Positions 18,287 to 27,487 of a stretch of DNA of 64,000 nucleotides are shown piece after piece. Source of the DNA: Acidobacteriota bacterium (lineage in GTDB: Bacteria; Acidobacteriota; Polarisedimenticolia; J045); assembly GCA_046331425.1 (NCBI GenBank), contig JAXLQU010000013.1:24458-88457 (forward strand), read 5' to 3'. The translations under genes and the position numbers were made by a program. Position 1 is the first letter of the stretch. Each line of letters starts with the position of its first letter. Under the pieces are notes generated by a model. It saw only the letters and a list, made by a program, of their open reading frames with translations, was not told the origin of the DNA and did not search any database.

Positions 18287-18913
18287 GTGAGCACGCTGTT
18301 CCCGCTGTGGTCGGATCTGCGCCGCCTGAAAGACGAGCGGCAGCTCTTGATCGTTGCCGTTGTCAGCGTGATGGCTCTGTTGCTCCCCTTCTATGCTCCA
18401 ATCCGGCCGACTGCGTTGGGGCGCATGCTGATTGGCTTTGGATTGCCGCTTCTTTCCCTGCCGATTACCGGGATGAGCCTGCGCGACGTCGGCTTCCGTT
18501 TGGGCTCGCCGCGACGATGGCTGCGCGATGTCGGCTTGTTGTATGTGGGCATGCTTCCGTTTCTGTTGCTGCTGACCAAGAGCAGCGCCGTGCGGCGACA
18601 CTACTCGATGAGCAGCACCATCACGAGCGGCGACTTTTGGACTGACCAACTTTGGACGATCGGCACACTGTTGTCTTGGGAGTTTGTCTGCCGCGGCTAC
18701 TTGATGCTGAGTTTCGAGAAGCGCATCGGCGCCGCGGCGCTTGCGGTGCAACTCGTTCCGTTTGTTCTGCTGCACATTGCTAAGCCATTGTCCGAGGTGT
18801 TGGTTGCAGTGCCGTTTGGGATTGTCGCGGGGGTATTGTCGTTGCGCGAACGGAGTTTCTTGCCGGGTGCGGTGCTGCACTCGGCTTTGGCGGTGACGTT
18901 TGCGATGTTTTAG
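18287..18913 (+). CDS. CPBP family intramembrane metalloprotease (CAAX protease / Abi family)
   Basis: Motif 1 SWEFVCRGYL (EExxxR), motif 2 FVLLHIAKP (FxxxH) and motif 3 VLHSALAV. Polytopic. GTG 18287; ATG alternatives lie downstream. Confidence 0.68.
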   Translation: MSTLFPLWSDLRRLKDERQLLIVAVVSVMALLLPFYAPIRPTALGRMLIGFGLPLLSLPITGMSLRDVGFRLGSPRRWLRDVGLLYVGMLPFLLLLTKSSAVRRHYSMSSTITSGDFWTDQLWTIGTLLSWEFVCRGYLMLSFEKRIGAAALAVQLVPFVLLHIAKPLSEVLVAVPFGIVAGVLSLRERSFLPGAVLHSALAVTFAMF

Positions 18914-19036
18914 TTGGGGCGTTGGGTGAGGTTGGGGAATGCGCGATGGTTGATGGACGGTGTCGGCGTTCGGTGCGGCGATTGGTAGATGTGGCGTGTT
19001 GCGATGCGGCGAGAGGATCGGGCGCCGGGATACTTG

Positions 19037-19280
19037 ATGGTGACCCGTCAAGTCAGGAGGCTGGCCCTCGATTCGGCCCCGGGGTCCTGGCTGATTCTCC
19101 CAGGACTTGGGTTATAGTCTGGCGTCGCTCTGCAGCGTAGCCAGCCAGACAAGACGGCGGATAACACCAGAGCGTCGGGGGGAAGTCCATGCGGTTGTGG
19201 AGCTTCCGAAATCTCGAGAAAAACGCGTCGGTCTTTCTCAGTCCGTCGATTTCAGGTTAGGCGGACGAATGCACCGAGAT
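19037..19280 (+). repeat. Conserved leader module, copy 2
   Basis: GGGTTATAGTCT at 19102-19113. uORF ATG 19189 (MRLWSFRNLEKNASVFLSPSISG*) preceded by GGGGGAAG. Ends in TTAGGCGGACGA just before ATG 19269. Confidence 0.6.
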
Positions 19281-19958
19281 GCTGTGAGGCGAGTCAAAGT
19301 TCTGGACGGACTCTACTACTCCTTTCGTTTGCTTGAGTACTTCCACGGCATTCTCTATCCGTCCTGCTGCAGCATCCGGTCGAGCGTAACAGGCCTAGTT
19401 CCTGCCATCGCGTCCGCGTGGGGCTTCATTGACGCACTTCACCGGGCTCGACAGCTGTCTCAACTTGTCCCGGGTCTTGGCCGCCGACATCTCGAACTGC
19501 GCCGATTCCTCGCTGAGACAGAGCTTGCCGAGACTTACCGTCACTATATCCAACACTTGCGACGTGAATTGGCTGACGAATCCGCCCACGATTTTCCCGT
19601 GTGGGGTTCCATCTCGTGGGCTGACCCCGAGGTCCTGACACTGAGTCATACAGCCGTGATTGGAACGGTTCCGCCGGATGTATCCGTCACTATGACAAGC
19701 GCGGTATTCGACTGGGTTGAGAATCGCTGGGTATCTCGGGTCAGCCTTGGAATTCGCGGCTCGGTCTTCAACTTCGACCCCCTATTCCAGGAGGCGCAGA
19801 AGTTTGAGAATTTCGTAGTCCCGTGGATGGCCGAGAAAGGGAACATTGAGCTTGTGTACGGGGACGCGGTCCCGGTCGTGAGTTGCGGTTTCATCATTGG
19901 TGTTGAGCCGCCTAACTCGGCGATGCAGCCGCCGGGCGCTGACGCGCCTGGCGGCTGA
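19269..19958 (+). CDS. Hypothetical protein downstream of leader module copy 2. The frame is open back to 19107.
   Basis: About 229 aa from ATG 19269 (MHRDAVRRVKVLDG...). No recognisable domain. Confidence 0.4.
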   Translation: MHRDAVRRVKVLDGLYYSFRLLEYFHGILYPSCCSIRSSVTGLVPAIASAWGFIDALHRARQLSQLVPGLGRRHLELRRFLAETELAETYRHYIQHLRRELADESAHDFPVWGSISWADPEVLTLSHTAVIGTVPPDVSVTMTSAVFDWVENRWVSRVSLGIRGSVFNFDPLFQEAQKFENFVVPWMAEKGNIELVYGDAVPVVSCGFIIGVEPPNSAMQPPGADAPGG

Positions 19959-19990
19959 TCGCTGCTCGTTCGGCGGCTAGAGTCTCGTGC

Positions 19991-20965
19991 ATGCCTAGAA
20001 CGGCAGGTGTCCTTCCGCGCCATCTGATCAAACACCTAGAGTGGCACCCTAGCACTCGGAGGAGCGCTCGCGTGTATCAATCAGAATTCGAGGAGCGTTC
20101 GTACGAGGCGCCCCTCTACAACCAACTCGAGCGTGCGAACTCCGACATTTACACTCCTGGGCAGGTGCTCGAGAATCGGCTTGGATTTGATCGTGGGTTG
20201 TTCCTCGCGGAGTCAGCGTTGTGGCAGACTCTCGGCTACGATGGCCCGCTCAGAGGCGCTGCATTGGCGTACTACCACTGGCCCGTTGGCTGGGGTCCAC
20301 CACGACCTCGCACTCAGTTGCCCCGGTTCCGTCTGAACCTCTTCCTACAGGCAAAGAGACCTATCTACTACCGGCGGAAGCCTCGCTCTCTGGCGAGTCT
20401 GGATAGGGTCCGCTCGCCGCTATGGGCCTTCCGAGTAACGGGACACCAACAGCGATTGCTCGAAGTCCTTTCTGCGAAGACCCAGGGGCGTGCGCACGTA
20501 GCGTATGCGTCACCGGCGTTCCACACGTACGCCGCGCTCTTCGCTCACACGAAGGGTCGAACCATCGTCGAGAACTCGACCTTTCCATCGGCTGCGGCGC
20601 TGGCCGGCCATGACATGTGGTACTACGACGGACCCGGCGCCAGAGGAGCGGCAAACCCGAATCCGGAGTCGATAGAAGAGCAGCCGCTGCTGACCAGGCT
20701 TCGTGGGCTTGCCAGCGACGCTCCGATCAACGAGGGCGGCGACCTTGCGTGGCTTGACTCCTTGGCCGAGCGAGTGGTGGCCTCGGTAAAAGCAGCTGAA
20801 ACGCCTGTAAACGTCAGTACCGCGCAATTCCTCGACGACCTGCAGACCCTCGATCGGCTGGTGGAGTCCTATGACATTCGACCCAGTCTTCGGGCATACG
20901 CTCAGGTGAGGTTGTTCAGCATTCGCTTCGATCTCAGTTGGCTTGTCCTTGCGCAAGCCGCCTAA
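19991..20965 (+). CDS. Hypothetical protein (324 aa)
   Basis: Long ORF with no competing frame. No domain recognised. Confidence 0.45.
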   Translation: MPRTAGVLPRHLIKHLEWHPSTRRSARVYQSEFEERSYEAPLYNQLERANSDIYTPGQVLENRLGFDRGLFLAESALWQTLGYDGPLRGAALAYYHWPVGWGPPRPRTQLPRFRLNLFLQAKRPIYYRRKPRSLASLDRVRSPLWAFRVTGHQQRLLEVLSAKTQGRAHVAYASPAFHTYAALFAHTKGRTIVENSTFPSAAALAGHDMWYYDGPGARGAANPNPESIEEQPLLTRLRGLASDAPINEGGDLAWLDSLAERVVASVKAAETPVNVSTAQFLDDLQTLDRLVESYDIRPSLRAYAQVRLFSIRFDLSWLVLAQAA

Positions 20966-21099
20966 CTACGCGTGCAGCTGACGCTCAACGTTGATATGAC
21001 TTCGGATGTCAATCGAAGCGCGGCTGTTTCCTATTCGGTGGTTTCCTCCGGTTGAAGCAGGGACGAGCAAGAGGCGGGGCCAGTAATCGCGAGGGTTGA

Positions 21100-22460
21100 T
21101 CCTGCTGATATCCGTGGGTTGGTTACCACCTTACTTGTTTCCGTCGGACGCCTGCCTCGCTCTAGGCACGAGGGTTGGCCGAAGCTGCCTCTCAACGCGT
21201 TCGAGGATTGCGTCAAACCGGGGCCGCGCCTCTCGCTCATCCCTGCTGCTCCGTTCCATTCACTGCCTCACGCTGCAATCGGAACTTGTTTTGCGATCGC
21301 CCACATGTATGCCAGCATCTCGCGCGCGATCGCGGTCACCACGACGTTGGGATGCTTGCCGCCACTGATCAGTCGTCGATATCGTTTGCAGAGTCTCAAC
21401 TGCGCCTTCCATGCGATCGCATGGATCGGCTTTGGAAGTGAATCGATCCGCTTCTGAATGTGCTCGGAGACCTTGGCTGGATAGCGATAAGCCCAGGCCC
21501 CTTCCGTCAGCACACGTTGTACGCGTGAATTGCCCATCTTGGTGTTCCCGCCTTGTCGTCGCCTCTGACCGCTGGAGTGCTCGCTAGGGATCAAGCCGAC
21601 AAACGCCGCCAGTTGTCGCGGCGAGTCGAAGCGCGTCAGATCACCAATCTCGGCGACAGTGGTGACGGCCACGGTCTGTTGGACGCCACGCAGTGCCATC
21701 AACGATTGCACCACCGGATTCAATCGCCAGGTGGGGAGTTGCTCGACCAACTCAGCCTCTAGTCGTTTCAATCGCTCGATCTGCTCGTCGACGGCACGCA
21801 GCATTTCTTGGTACACGATCTGTTGAACCGGCGTGGGGCAAACGACTCGCGCCAAGTAGCGCAGATGCGCTTCATTCCAGCGAGCTTTGCCGGTGTAGTT
21901 CAAACCCAGGCGCAGCAGAAATGACTTCAGTCGACGCCTGGCATTCTTGAGATCGCTCAGCGTCGCCTCGCGGGCGCGTGAGAGATCGCGCATCGCCTCA
22001 TCGTGAACTGACGGCACATAGATCGAGGTGAGATCGCCCGATCGCGCCAAGCGCGCGAGCTCGGTAGCATCGTGCCGGTCGGTCTTGACTCGATCGCCAG
22101 ATTTCTTTGGAATCAGCGAAGGCGCGATCACGCGGCATTCGAAGTTCTTGCCCGTGAGGTAGCGATAGAGCACGTAGCCGCAAGGCCCGGCCTCGTAGAC
22201 AAACACCAACGTCGAGGCCTTGGACTGCAGCCTCCGAATCAGCTTGTCGATGTCGCACTGCCGCGTGCCGATCTGACCGACGAACAGCACCTCGGTCCAC
22301 GGATCGCTCGGGGTATAGGCCACAGCAATCTGATCTTTGTGAACGTCCAAACCGACGAACATCGTGGTAGTTTTCTGCATGGCCGACGTCCGGGATTCAC
22401 CAGTGGCAAACAAACGAGCGTGCGGCTCTGATCTCGATGAGACTAGCCCGCGATTGGTAC
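21100..22460 (-). mobile_element. IS110-family insertion sequence. Ends are approximate because this family has no clear TIRs.
   Basis: Contains a complete IS110/DEDD transposase gene. A partial second copy of its first ~45 codons occurs at 26684-26823. Confidence 0.6.
21268..22380 (-). CDS. IS110 family transposase
   Basis: [22 protein letters not shown] (DEDD_Tnp_IS110 N-terminus) and a C-terminal Transposase_20 region (…[19 protein letters not shown]…). The track ORF extends to 22476 but the family start [11 protein letters not shown] is at about 22380. Confidence 0.85.
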   Translation of the reverse strand: MQKTTTMFVGLDVHKDQIAVAYTPSDPWTEVLFVGQIGTRQCDIDKLIRRLQSKASTLVFVYEAGPCGYVLYRYLTGKNFECRVIAPSLIPKKSGDRVKTDRHDATELARLARSGDLTSIYVPSVHDEAMRDLSRAREATLSDLKNARRRLKSFLLRLGLNYTGKARWNEAHLRYLARVVCPTPVQQIVYQEMLRAVDEQIERLKRLEAELVEQLPTWRLNPVVQSLMALRGVQQTVAVTTVAEIGDLTRFDSPRQLAAFVGLIPSEHSSGQRRRQGGNTKMGNSRVQRVLTEGAWAYRYPAKVSEHIQKRIDSLPKPIHAIAWKAQLRLCKRYRRLISGGKHPNVVVTAIAREMLAYMWAIAKQVPIAA

Positions 22461-22563
22461 CGGGGTCGGCTTGCATCGCTTCCCGAAGTCAGCTTTTCTA
22501 GACGGCAAATAAGTCGTCTTTTAGTTCGAAGGCGGTCACTTTCGTAACGGGAAGGCCTATCAC

Positions 22564-23811
22564 ATGCTTACAGCACTCGTCTCCCTCCTTCTTGCCTCAA
22601 CTCCTGCGCCATCGGCGTTGGACTATGATGCGTTGGCCTCATCGATGGAGTCTGCCCTTCGAGCACACTACGAACATCTCCACGCGCATCCGGAACTGGG
22701 TAAGAAGGAGACTGCCACGGCTGCTTACATCAGATCCAAATTGGCTTCGTTCGGCTACGAGCTGATCTCCCCGCCAGAGGCTCTACCGACTGCTGTAATA
22801 GCCGTATTCGATTCGGGCTCGCCAGGGGCGACGACTTGCCTCCGCGCTGAGATTGACGCGCGCCCCCAACAGGAAGCTACTTCACTGTCGTACGCATCCC
22901 AGACGCCGGGTGTGATGCACAGCTGCGGCCACGATGCGCATACTGCCATCTTGCTAGGCATAGCACAGCTACTGCCGTCGCTGAAGTCGTCTCTGCACGG
23001 AAAGGTCGTTCTACTATTTCAGCCTGCGGAGGAAACGGCTGGGGGTGCAGACGATGTCGTCGCCAGCGGTCTCCTGACGCAACTCGGCGTTCGATCCATG
23101 CTGGCGCTCCACGTAGCGCCCGGGCTGCCCGTAGGTGCGCTACAGGTGTCCCCTGGCCCGATTCTCGCTGCAAGCAGCTACTTCACCGTTACGGTGCAAG
23201 GCAAGGAGTCGCATGCCGCCGCGCCTTTCGAAGGTTCAGATATTCCGCAGTGCACTGCTCAACTGGCCGCCGAATTGCCAACCTTCCTCGCGAGAAAGCT
23301 TGACATCCTCTGGCATCCGACCCTCGTGAGTGTTACGCGTGTTGACGTTGGTAATGACAAGGCATCGAATGTACTGGTTGGCGAGGGAACTATCAAAGGG
23401 ACCATACGTAGCTTTGATGACATCGACGCAAGTGTGGCCGGCGGGCGATCGATTAGGGGGCTTGTCGAATACTACGCAACCACGACGGCTGCTCGCTGCG
23501 GGGCTTCTGCTCAGCTCGAGATTCGAAAGGGCCCGCCAGCAACCGTTAACAACAGCACACTATATTCACGCCTACTTCCTTCACTGCAATCTAACTGGCC
23601 CGGGCAGATTGACGCCCAGCCGCGTGGAATGTTCGCTGAAGACTTCGCGTTCTATACCGACGTCATACCCTGTTTGTATTTGAGCCTCGGCATCGCCAAG
23701 GACACATTGGGCGCCGTGCCCGTTCACAACAGCATGTTCACCGTCCATCCCATGGCTTTGAGGGAGGGCGTGAAGGCCCTCCTCATCCTTGCAAGTGCGG
23801 CGAACGAATAG
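22564..23811 (+). CDS. M20-family amidohydrolase/peptidase (N-acyl-amino-acid amidohydrolase-like) with an N-terminal signal sequence
   Basis: 415 aa. HAHPELGKKE, MHSCGHDAHT and LLFQPAEE motifs are characteristic of M20D amidohydrolases. Confidence 0.78.
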   Translation: MLTALVSLLLASTPAPSALDYDALASSMESALRAHYEHLHAHPELGKKETATAAYIRSKLASFGYELISPPEALPTAVIAVFDSGSPGATTCLRAEIDARPQQEATSLSYASQTPGVMHSCGHDAHTAILLGIAQLLPSLKSSLHGKVVLLFQPAEETAGGADDVVASGLLTQLGVRSMLALHVAPGLPVGALQVSPGPILAASSYFTVTVQGKESHAAAPFEGSDIPQCTAQLAAELPTFLARKLDILWHPTLVSVTRVDVGNDKASNVLVGEGTIKGTIRSFDDIDASVAGGRSIRGLVEYYATTTAARCGASAQLEIRKGPPATVNNSTLYSRLLPSLQSNWPGQIDAQPRGMFAEDFAFYTDVIPCLYLSLGIAKDTLGAVPVHNSMFTVHPMALREGVKALLILASAANE

Positions 23812-23923
23812 AGCGAGCAGTGCTGCCTAACAAGTTAAGGCTTTTTGTCGCGCGCAGCCGCGATAACGAGCCGATTTGAGCTCAATTCATCCGCAGCTTA
23901 GGCATGCGCTAGAATGACAAGAG

Positions 23924-24700
23924 ATGAAGGAAAACGCTGAAGAACTCCATGCGCGCCGTGTCCTGGAGGCACACGCCTTCAAGGTCGACCGAATCTCCCG
24001 GGAACCAGGTGCTCGTCGAGCTGACTACCGAATTCGCGCCGGCGTCGAGGAGACGATCCTGGAAGTCACCGACAAGAAGGAGACGCAGTTCATCCTTGAC
24101 TTGCACGCGGAAGCGGCCACGAACCGTCTTGCTACGGCAGATCGAGAGGTCATGTACTGGAACGGGATCGATAGGGTGATAAAAGAAAAGACGGAGCAGT
24201 TGCGTCAGACTCCAGGCCAGCCCGATGCGTTCCGCGTGCTCTGGCTCTCCGCTCTGCATGGCGACGGCGACTTCATCATGAATGTTGGTACGCGGACCGC
24301 GTACGGATTGCAGGACCTCCTGGTTCAAACGAGTCGCGAGATGCCATACGCGAAGCCCTGCTTCTATTACAACCGCAACACGTTTTACGCTGTCCCGGAA
24401 TTGGACGGGATCATTCTTGTAAATCAGACGGGAGGCCAACTCTGCATCAATGGGTTTTCTCCGCGCTGCAATCTGTTCCGAGGGACTGCACTCGCACGAG
24501 TGTTTCCGCCGAATACCGTGCTGGATCCAGAGGTATGGGAACGGGACGGACGCGCATTCATCTTGGATGGGGAGATGGATCGAACAGACCCAAAGGCGAA
24601 GTGGCGCAGAATATTCGAAAAGTACGGCGCGAAGACCACCGCGTTCAACATGAGTCAGTTCGTCGGGTTGGTGTCGATCCCGGAGGACGCGCGGGATTGA
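23924..24700 (+). CDS. Hypothetical protein (258 aa). Its N-terminus may have a PD-(D/E)xK-like nuclease fold.
   Basis: ADYRIRAGVEETILEVTDKKE resembles a D…E.K nuclease core. This is weak. Local GC is slightly lower. Confidence 0.4.
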   Translation: MKENAEELHARRVLEAHAFKVDRISREPGARRADYRIRAGVEETILEVTDKKETQFILDLHAEAATNRLATADREVMYWNGIDRVIKEKTEQLRQTPGQPDAFRVLWLSALHGDGDFIMNVGTRTAYGLQDLLVQTSREMPYAKPCFYYNRNTFYAVPELDGIILVNQTGGQLCINGFSPRCNLFRGTALARVFPPNTVLDPEVWERDGRAFILDGEMDRTDPKAKWRRIFEKYGAKTTAFNMSQFVGLVSIPEDARD

Positions 24701-24895
24701 GGCCGCAAGGCAACTAACGGCCTTTTGGCCCGCAGTCGCAATAAAGAGCCGAGTTGAGCGCAATCCATGGCCCTCGTCAGCGTGAATGCTCTGGGTGGTC
24801 GGCGACAACTACTCTTGCCTGTCGTGTTGCCGGGTCAGGCGGTCCGACCACCCTCACAAGCTACTCATAGGCCTGAGTAAAATTACTCTCGCCAA

Positions 24896-25280
24896 TGAGC
24901 AAAAAGGACTCTCCCTCGTTTCAGCGCCCATATGCCCGTGTGCTGAGTGACCGACTGGCTGAGCCCCGGCGGCTGATCCAGTTCGTCGTTGGACCACGCC
25001 AGGTGGGGAAGACACGCTGGTCCAGCACGTGATGAACGGGACAGTGACGCCCTCGCCGGAAGATTCGAAACGATCCGCCTTGGCCACTGGTCCCTCGCCG
25101 AGATGCGGGATGCCTTCGGCTGTAGCCTTGAGCGGTGTCTGCGAACTGTTTTATTGGCGCGAGCGCAGTTGCGAGGTGGACCTCGTGCTCCGGGCCGGCC
25201 GCTTCGTCGTCGCCATCGAAGTCAAGAGCGGCCGCGCGCCGGATGAATTCGTGACCAGGCCGGTGGAGCACTGGCTGTAG
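24896..25280 (+). pseudogene. AAA+ ATPase (DUF4143 family) remnant: N-terminal Walker-A segment and C-terminal segment with the middle deleted
   Basis: 24896-25033 MSKKDSPSFQRPYARVLSDRLAEPRRLIQFVVGPRQVGKTRWSST* (Walker A, GPRQVGKT). 25029..25280 …ELFYWRERSCEVDLVLRAGRFVVAIEVKSGRAPD is the DUF4143 C-terminus. The ~250 residues in between are missing. Confidence 0.55.
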
Positions 25281-25374
25281 GCTTGAGCGCCGAGCGCGGC
25301 CGCGACTTCATCGCCGAGGAGAGGAGTTTGACCCCAGGGATTGCGCACGAAGCTCCGCCATAGGAGGGTTTGTC

Positions 25375-25947
25375 GTGTCTCGAACATTGAAGCAAGTGCT
25401 GTTCGCTGGAGCGGTCGTCGTCGTGCTTGCGTCAGCGTGGTGGTTACTTAGGGCGCCAGTACAGCATGATATGGGCCCTAGCCAACCCGGCTTGCTCGAG
25501 TTGCAGTCGACGAAAACATCCAAGGGGCAAAGTGCAGCCATGAAACTAACGACCTACTTGTTATTCAACGGAAACTGTAAGCCGGCAATGCAGTTCTACC
25601 ATTCCGTGTTTGGCGGCGATCTGACGCTGACCACCGTGGGCGAGTCACCAATGAAGGGTGCATTCCCGCCGGCGCTTCATGCGAGGGTTGTCAATGCACG
25701 CCTTAGTAGCGATGTTGTCGACATCTCCGCATCCGACTGGCTCCGTCCCACTGGCACGCTCGTCAATGGGAATAGTGTCGCCATGTACATCAGCGGAGGA
25801 ACTCCAGATGCCACGACAGCGCTGTTTCAAAAGCTCTCGGATGGCGCGGAAGTAACCGATGCGCTCAGCGAACAGCCGTTTGGTCTGTACGGCGCCCTGA
25901 TCGACAAGTTTGGAATTCGCTGGAGATTTCACGCGGAAGCGCAATAG
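25375..25947 (+). CDS. VOC/glyoxalase-fold protein (PhnB-like) with an N-terminal hydrophobic extension
   Basis: Core MKLTTYLLFNGNCKPAMQFYHSVFGG…EQPFGLYGALIDKFGIRW is PhnB/3-demethylubiquinone-methyltransferase-like. An alternative start is at 25540. Confidence 0.62.
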   Translation: MSRTLKQVLFAGAVVVVLASAWWLLRAPVQHDMGPSQPGLLELQSTKTSKGQSAAMKLTTYLLFNGNCKPAMQFYHSVFGGDLTLTTVGESPMKGAFPPALHARVVNARLSSDVVDISASDWLRPTGTLVNGNSVAMYISGGTPDATTALFQKLSDGAEVTDALSEQPFGLYGALIDKFGIRWRFHAEAQ

Positions 25948-26234
25948 GGCTATCGGCGAATGGCCGACCCATCCTGCAAGAAATGCGCTTTGGCTTTGGT
26001 GTGATGGCGAGGCCGAGAATGCAGCAACCGTACAGCAGCGATGTTGGACTCTTCCGAGTGCCGCTTTCGTTGACCCTGCGAGGGCACGCCTGGGCGGCGA
26101 GCATGCACTCTGTTGGGGTGTTCGAGAAATCAGGGGAGCTTCCATCCTCCTGGGAAATTACGGATGGGACGCTGCACTTACGCTACGGTCGGCGTCGCCG
26201 CTGGATCGCAGTTTGAGTGGTGCAGGAGGTGCTC

Positions 26235-26582
26235 ATGAAGTTCTCATCGCACGAGGCTTATTTCGAGAGTGTTTCACCCGAGGCGCGGGCCCTTTTGACA
26301 AGCATCCAGGCCAGGGTCGAGTTGTTGCTACCTGATGTGTCGCGCTGCATCAGCTACAACATGCCGGCGTTCAAGGCGAAGCGCGTCTTCTTTTTCTTTG
26401 CGGCGTTTAAGAACCACATCGGAGTCTATCCGCCGGTTCGAAACGATGCTGCTTTGCTCAAGGAGCTTGCGCCGTATCGCGGCGAGAAAGGGAACCTGAC
26501 GTTCCCGTTCAAGCAGCCGCTGCCGATTGAACTGATCGGCCGCGTGGCCGTCGAGTTGCATCGAGAGTACGAGCAGAAGTAA
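26235..26582 (+). CDS. DUF1801 (YdhG-like) domain protein
   Basis: ISYNMPAFKAKRVFFFFAAFKNHIGVYP is the DUF1801 signature. ATG 26235 follows AGGAGG. Confidence 0.65.
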   Translation: MKFSSHEAYFESVSPEARALLTSIQARVELLLPDVSRCISYNMPAFKAKRVFFFFAAFKNHIGVYPPVRNDAALLKELAPYRGEKGNLTFPFKQPLPIELIGRVAVELHREYEQK

Positions 26583-26683
26583 CGAGTGCAGCGCAGCGGA
26601 ATCTAGCGCAGGTCGGACTCGCCTTCAGCGCCAGTCGTGCTGGTGGTTATCGACGGGGCAATCACCTAGCGCGCGAACTCCTT

Positions 26684-26823
26684 TCATGTGAGGCACCAGT
26701 TGAGCAGGCCGCTGCTCTGGCCGAAGAGCACTGCCTCGGCCCCTGGATTGCGCGCGATGGAGACCACCGCGATCTGTGCGTTGCGAAAATCACAACCGAC
26801 AAACCCGTGGTAGTTTTCTGCAC
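26684..26823 (-). pseudogene. Degenerate N-terminal fragment of an IS110-family transposase gene (second, truncated copy)
   Basis: The minus strand reads GTGCAGAAAACTACCACG (16/18 nt identical to the first six codons, MQKTTT, of 21268..22380). With one frameshift it continues FVGCDFRNAQIAVVSIARNPGAEAVLFGQSSG, aligning to [31 protein letters not shown]. It is cut off after ~45 codons. Confidence 0.55.
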
Positions 26824-27100
26824 GGCTAACCTAGACTGCACAAGCGCCCAGAGCGGCTGCTCTCATTTCTATCGACCCCGAGGGAGGCTCACCATGCTTC
26901 AGCGCTCCTCAACGATGCCGTCTGGGAACTTTCAGCGCACTTCAGCGCACTTCCGCGCAGCGTTCAACCATCCGGAATTCAAACAGACTCTTGCCCACTC
27001 TTCATCGTCCACAGTGGCATCGCCGCATCTGTTCACTCGGCTCAATCGTTGAGCCGCTTAAGAGACGCCCCTCTTCAACCATCGCGTATTGGAGCTTGAT

Positions 27101-27487
27101 ATGAAGCGAGTCACTGGCATCGGCGGCATCTTCTTCAAGGCAAAGGACGCGCCTGCGCTGCAGGCTTGGTACAAACGTCACCTCGGCATCGATGTCCAGG
27201 AGTGGGGCGGTGCCGCGTTCGTTTGGGCCGACTCGGATGGAAAGCCCACTGGCGGAACGACCGTTTGGTGCATTGGTCCGGCGGATGGAGATCAGTTTGC
27301 TCCAAGCAAAGCGTCGTTCATGGTGAACTACCGCGTTGAAGACCTTCACGCTGTGGTCGCGGCGCTGAAAGCGGAGGGGTGCAACGTCCTCGACAAGACC
27401 GATGACTCCGAGTACGGCAAGTTTGCGTGGGTCATCGATCCTGAAGGAAACAAGGTCGAGTTGTGGCAACCACCTGCCGGTCAATGA
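27101..27487 (+). CDS. VOC family (glyoxalase/bleomycin-resistance fold) protein
   Basis: MKRVTGIGGIFFKAKD…WVIDPEGNKVELWQ is the typical VOC pattern. Confidence 0.7.
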   Translation: MKRVTGIGGIFFKAKDAPALQAWYKRHLGIDVQEWGGAAFVWADSDGKPTGGTTVWCIGPADGDQFAPSKASFMVNYRVEDLHAVVAALKAEGCNVLDKTDDSEYGKFAWVIDPEGNKVELWQPPAGQ

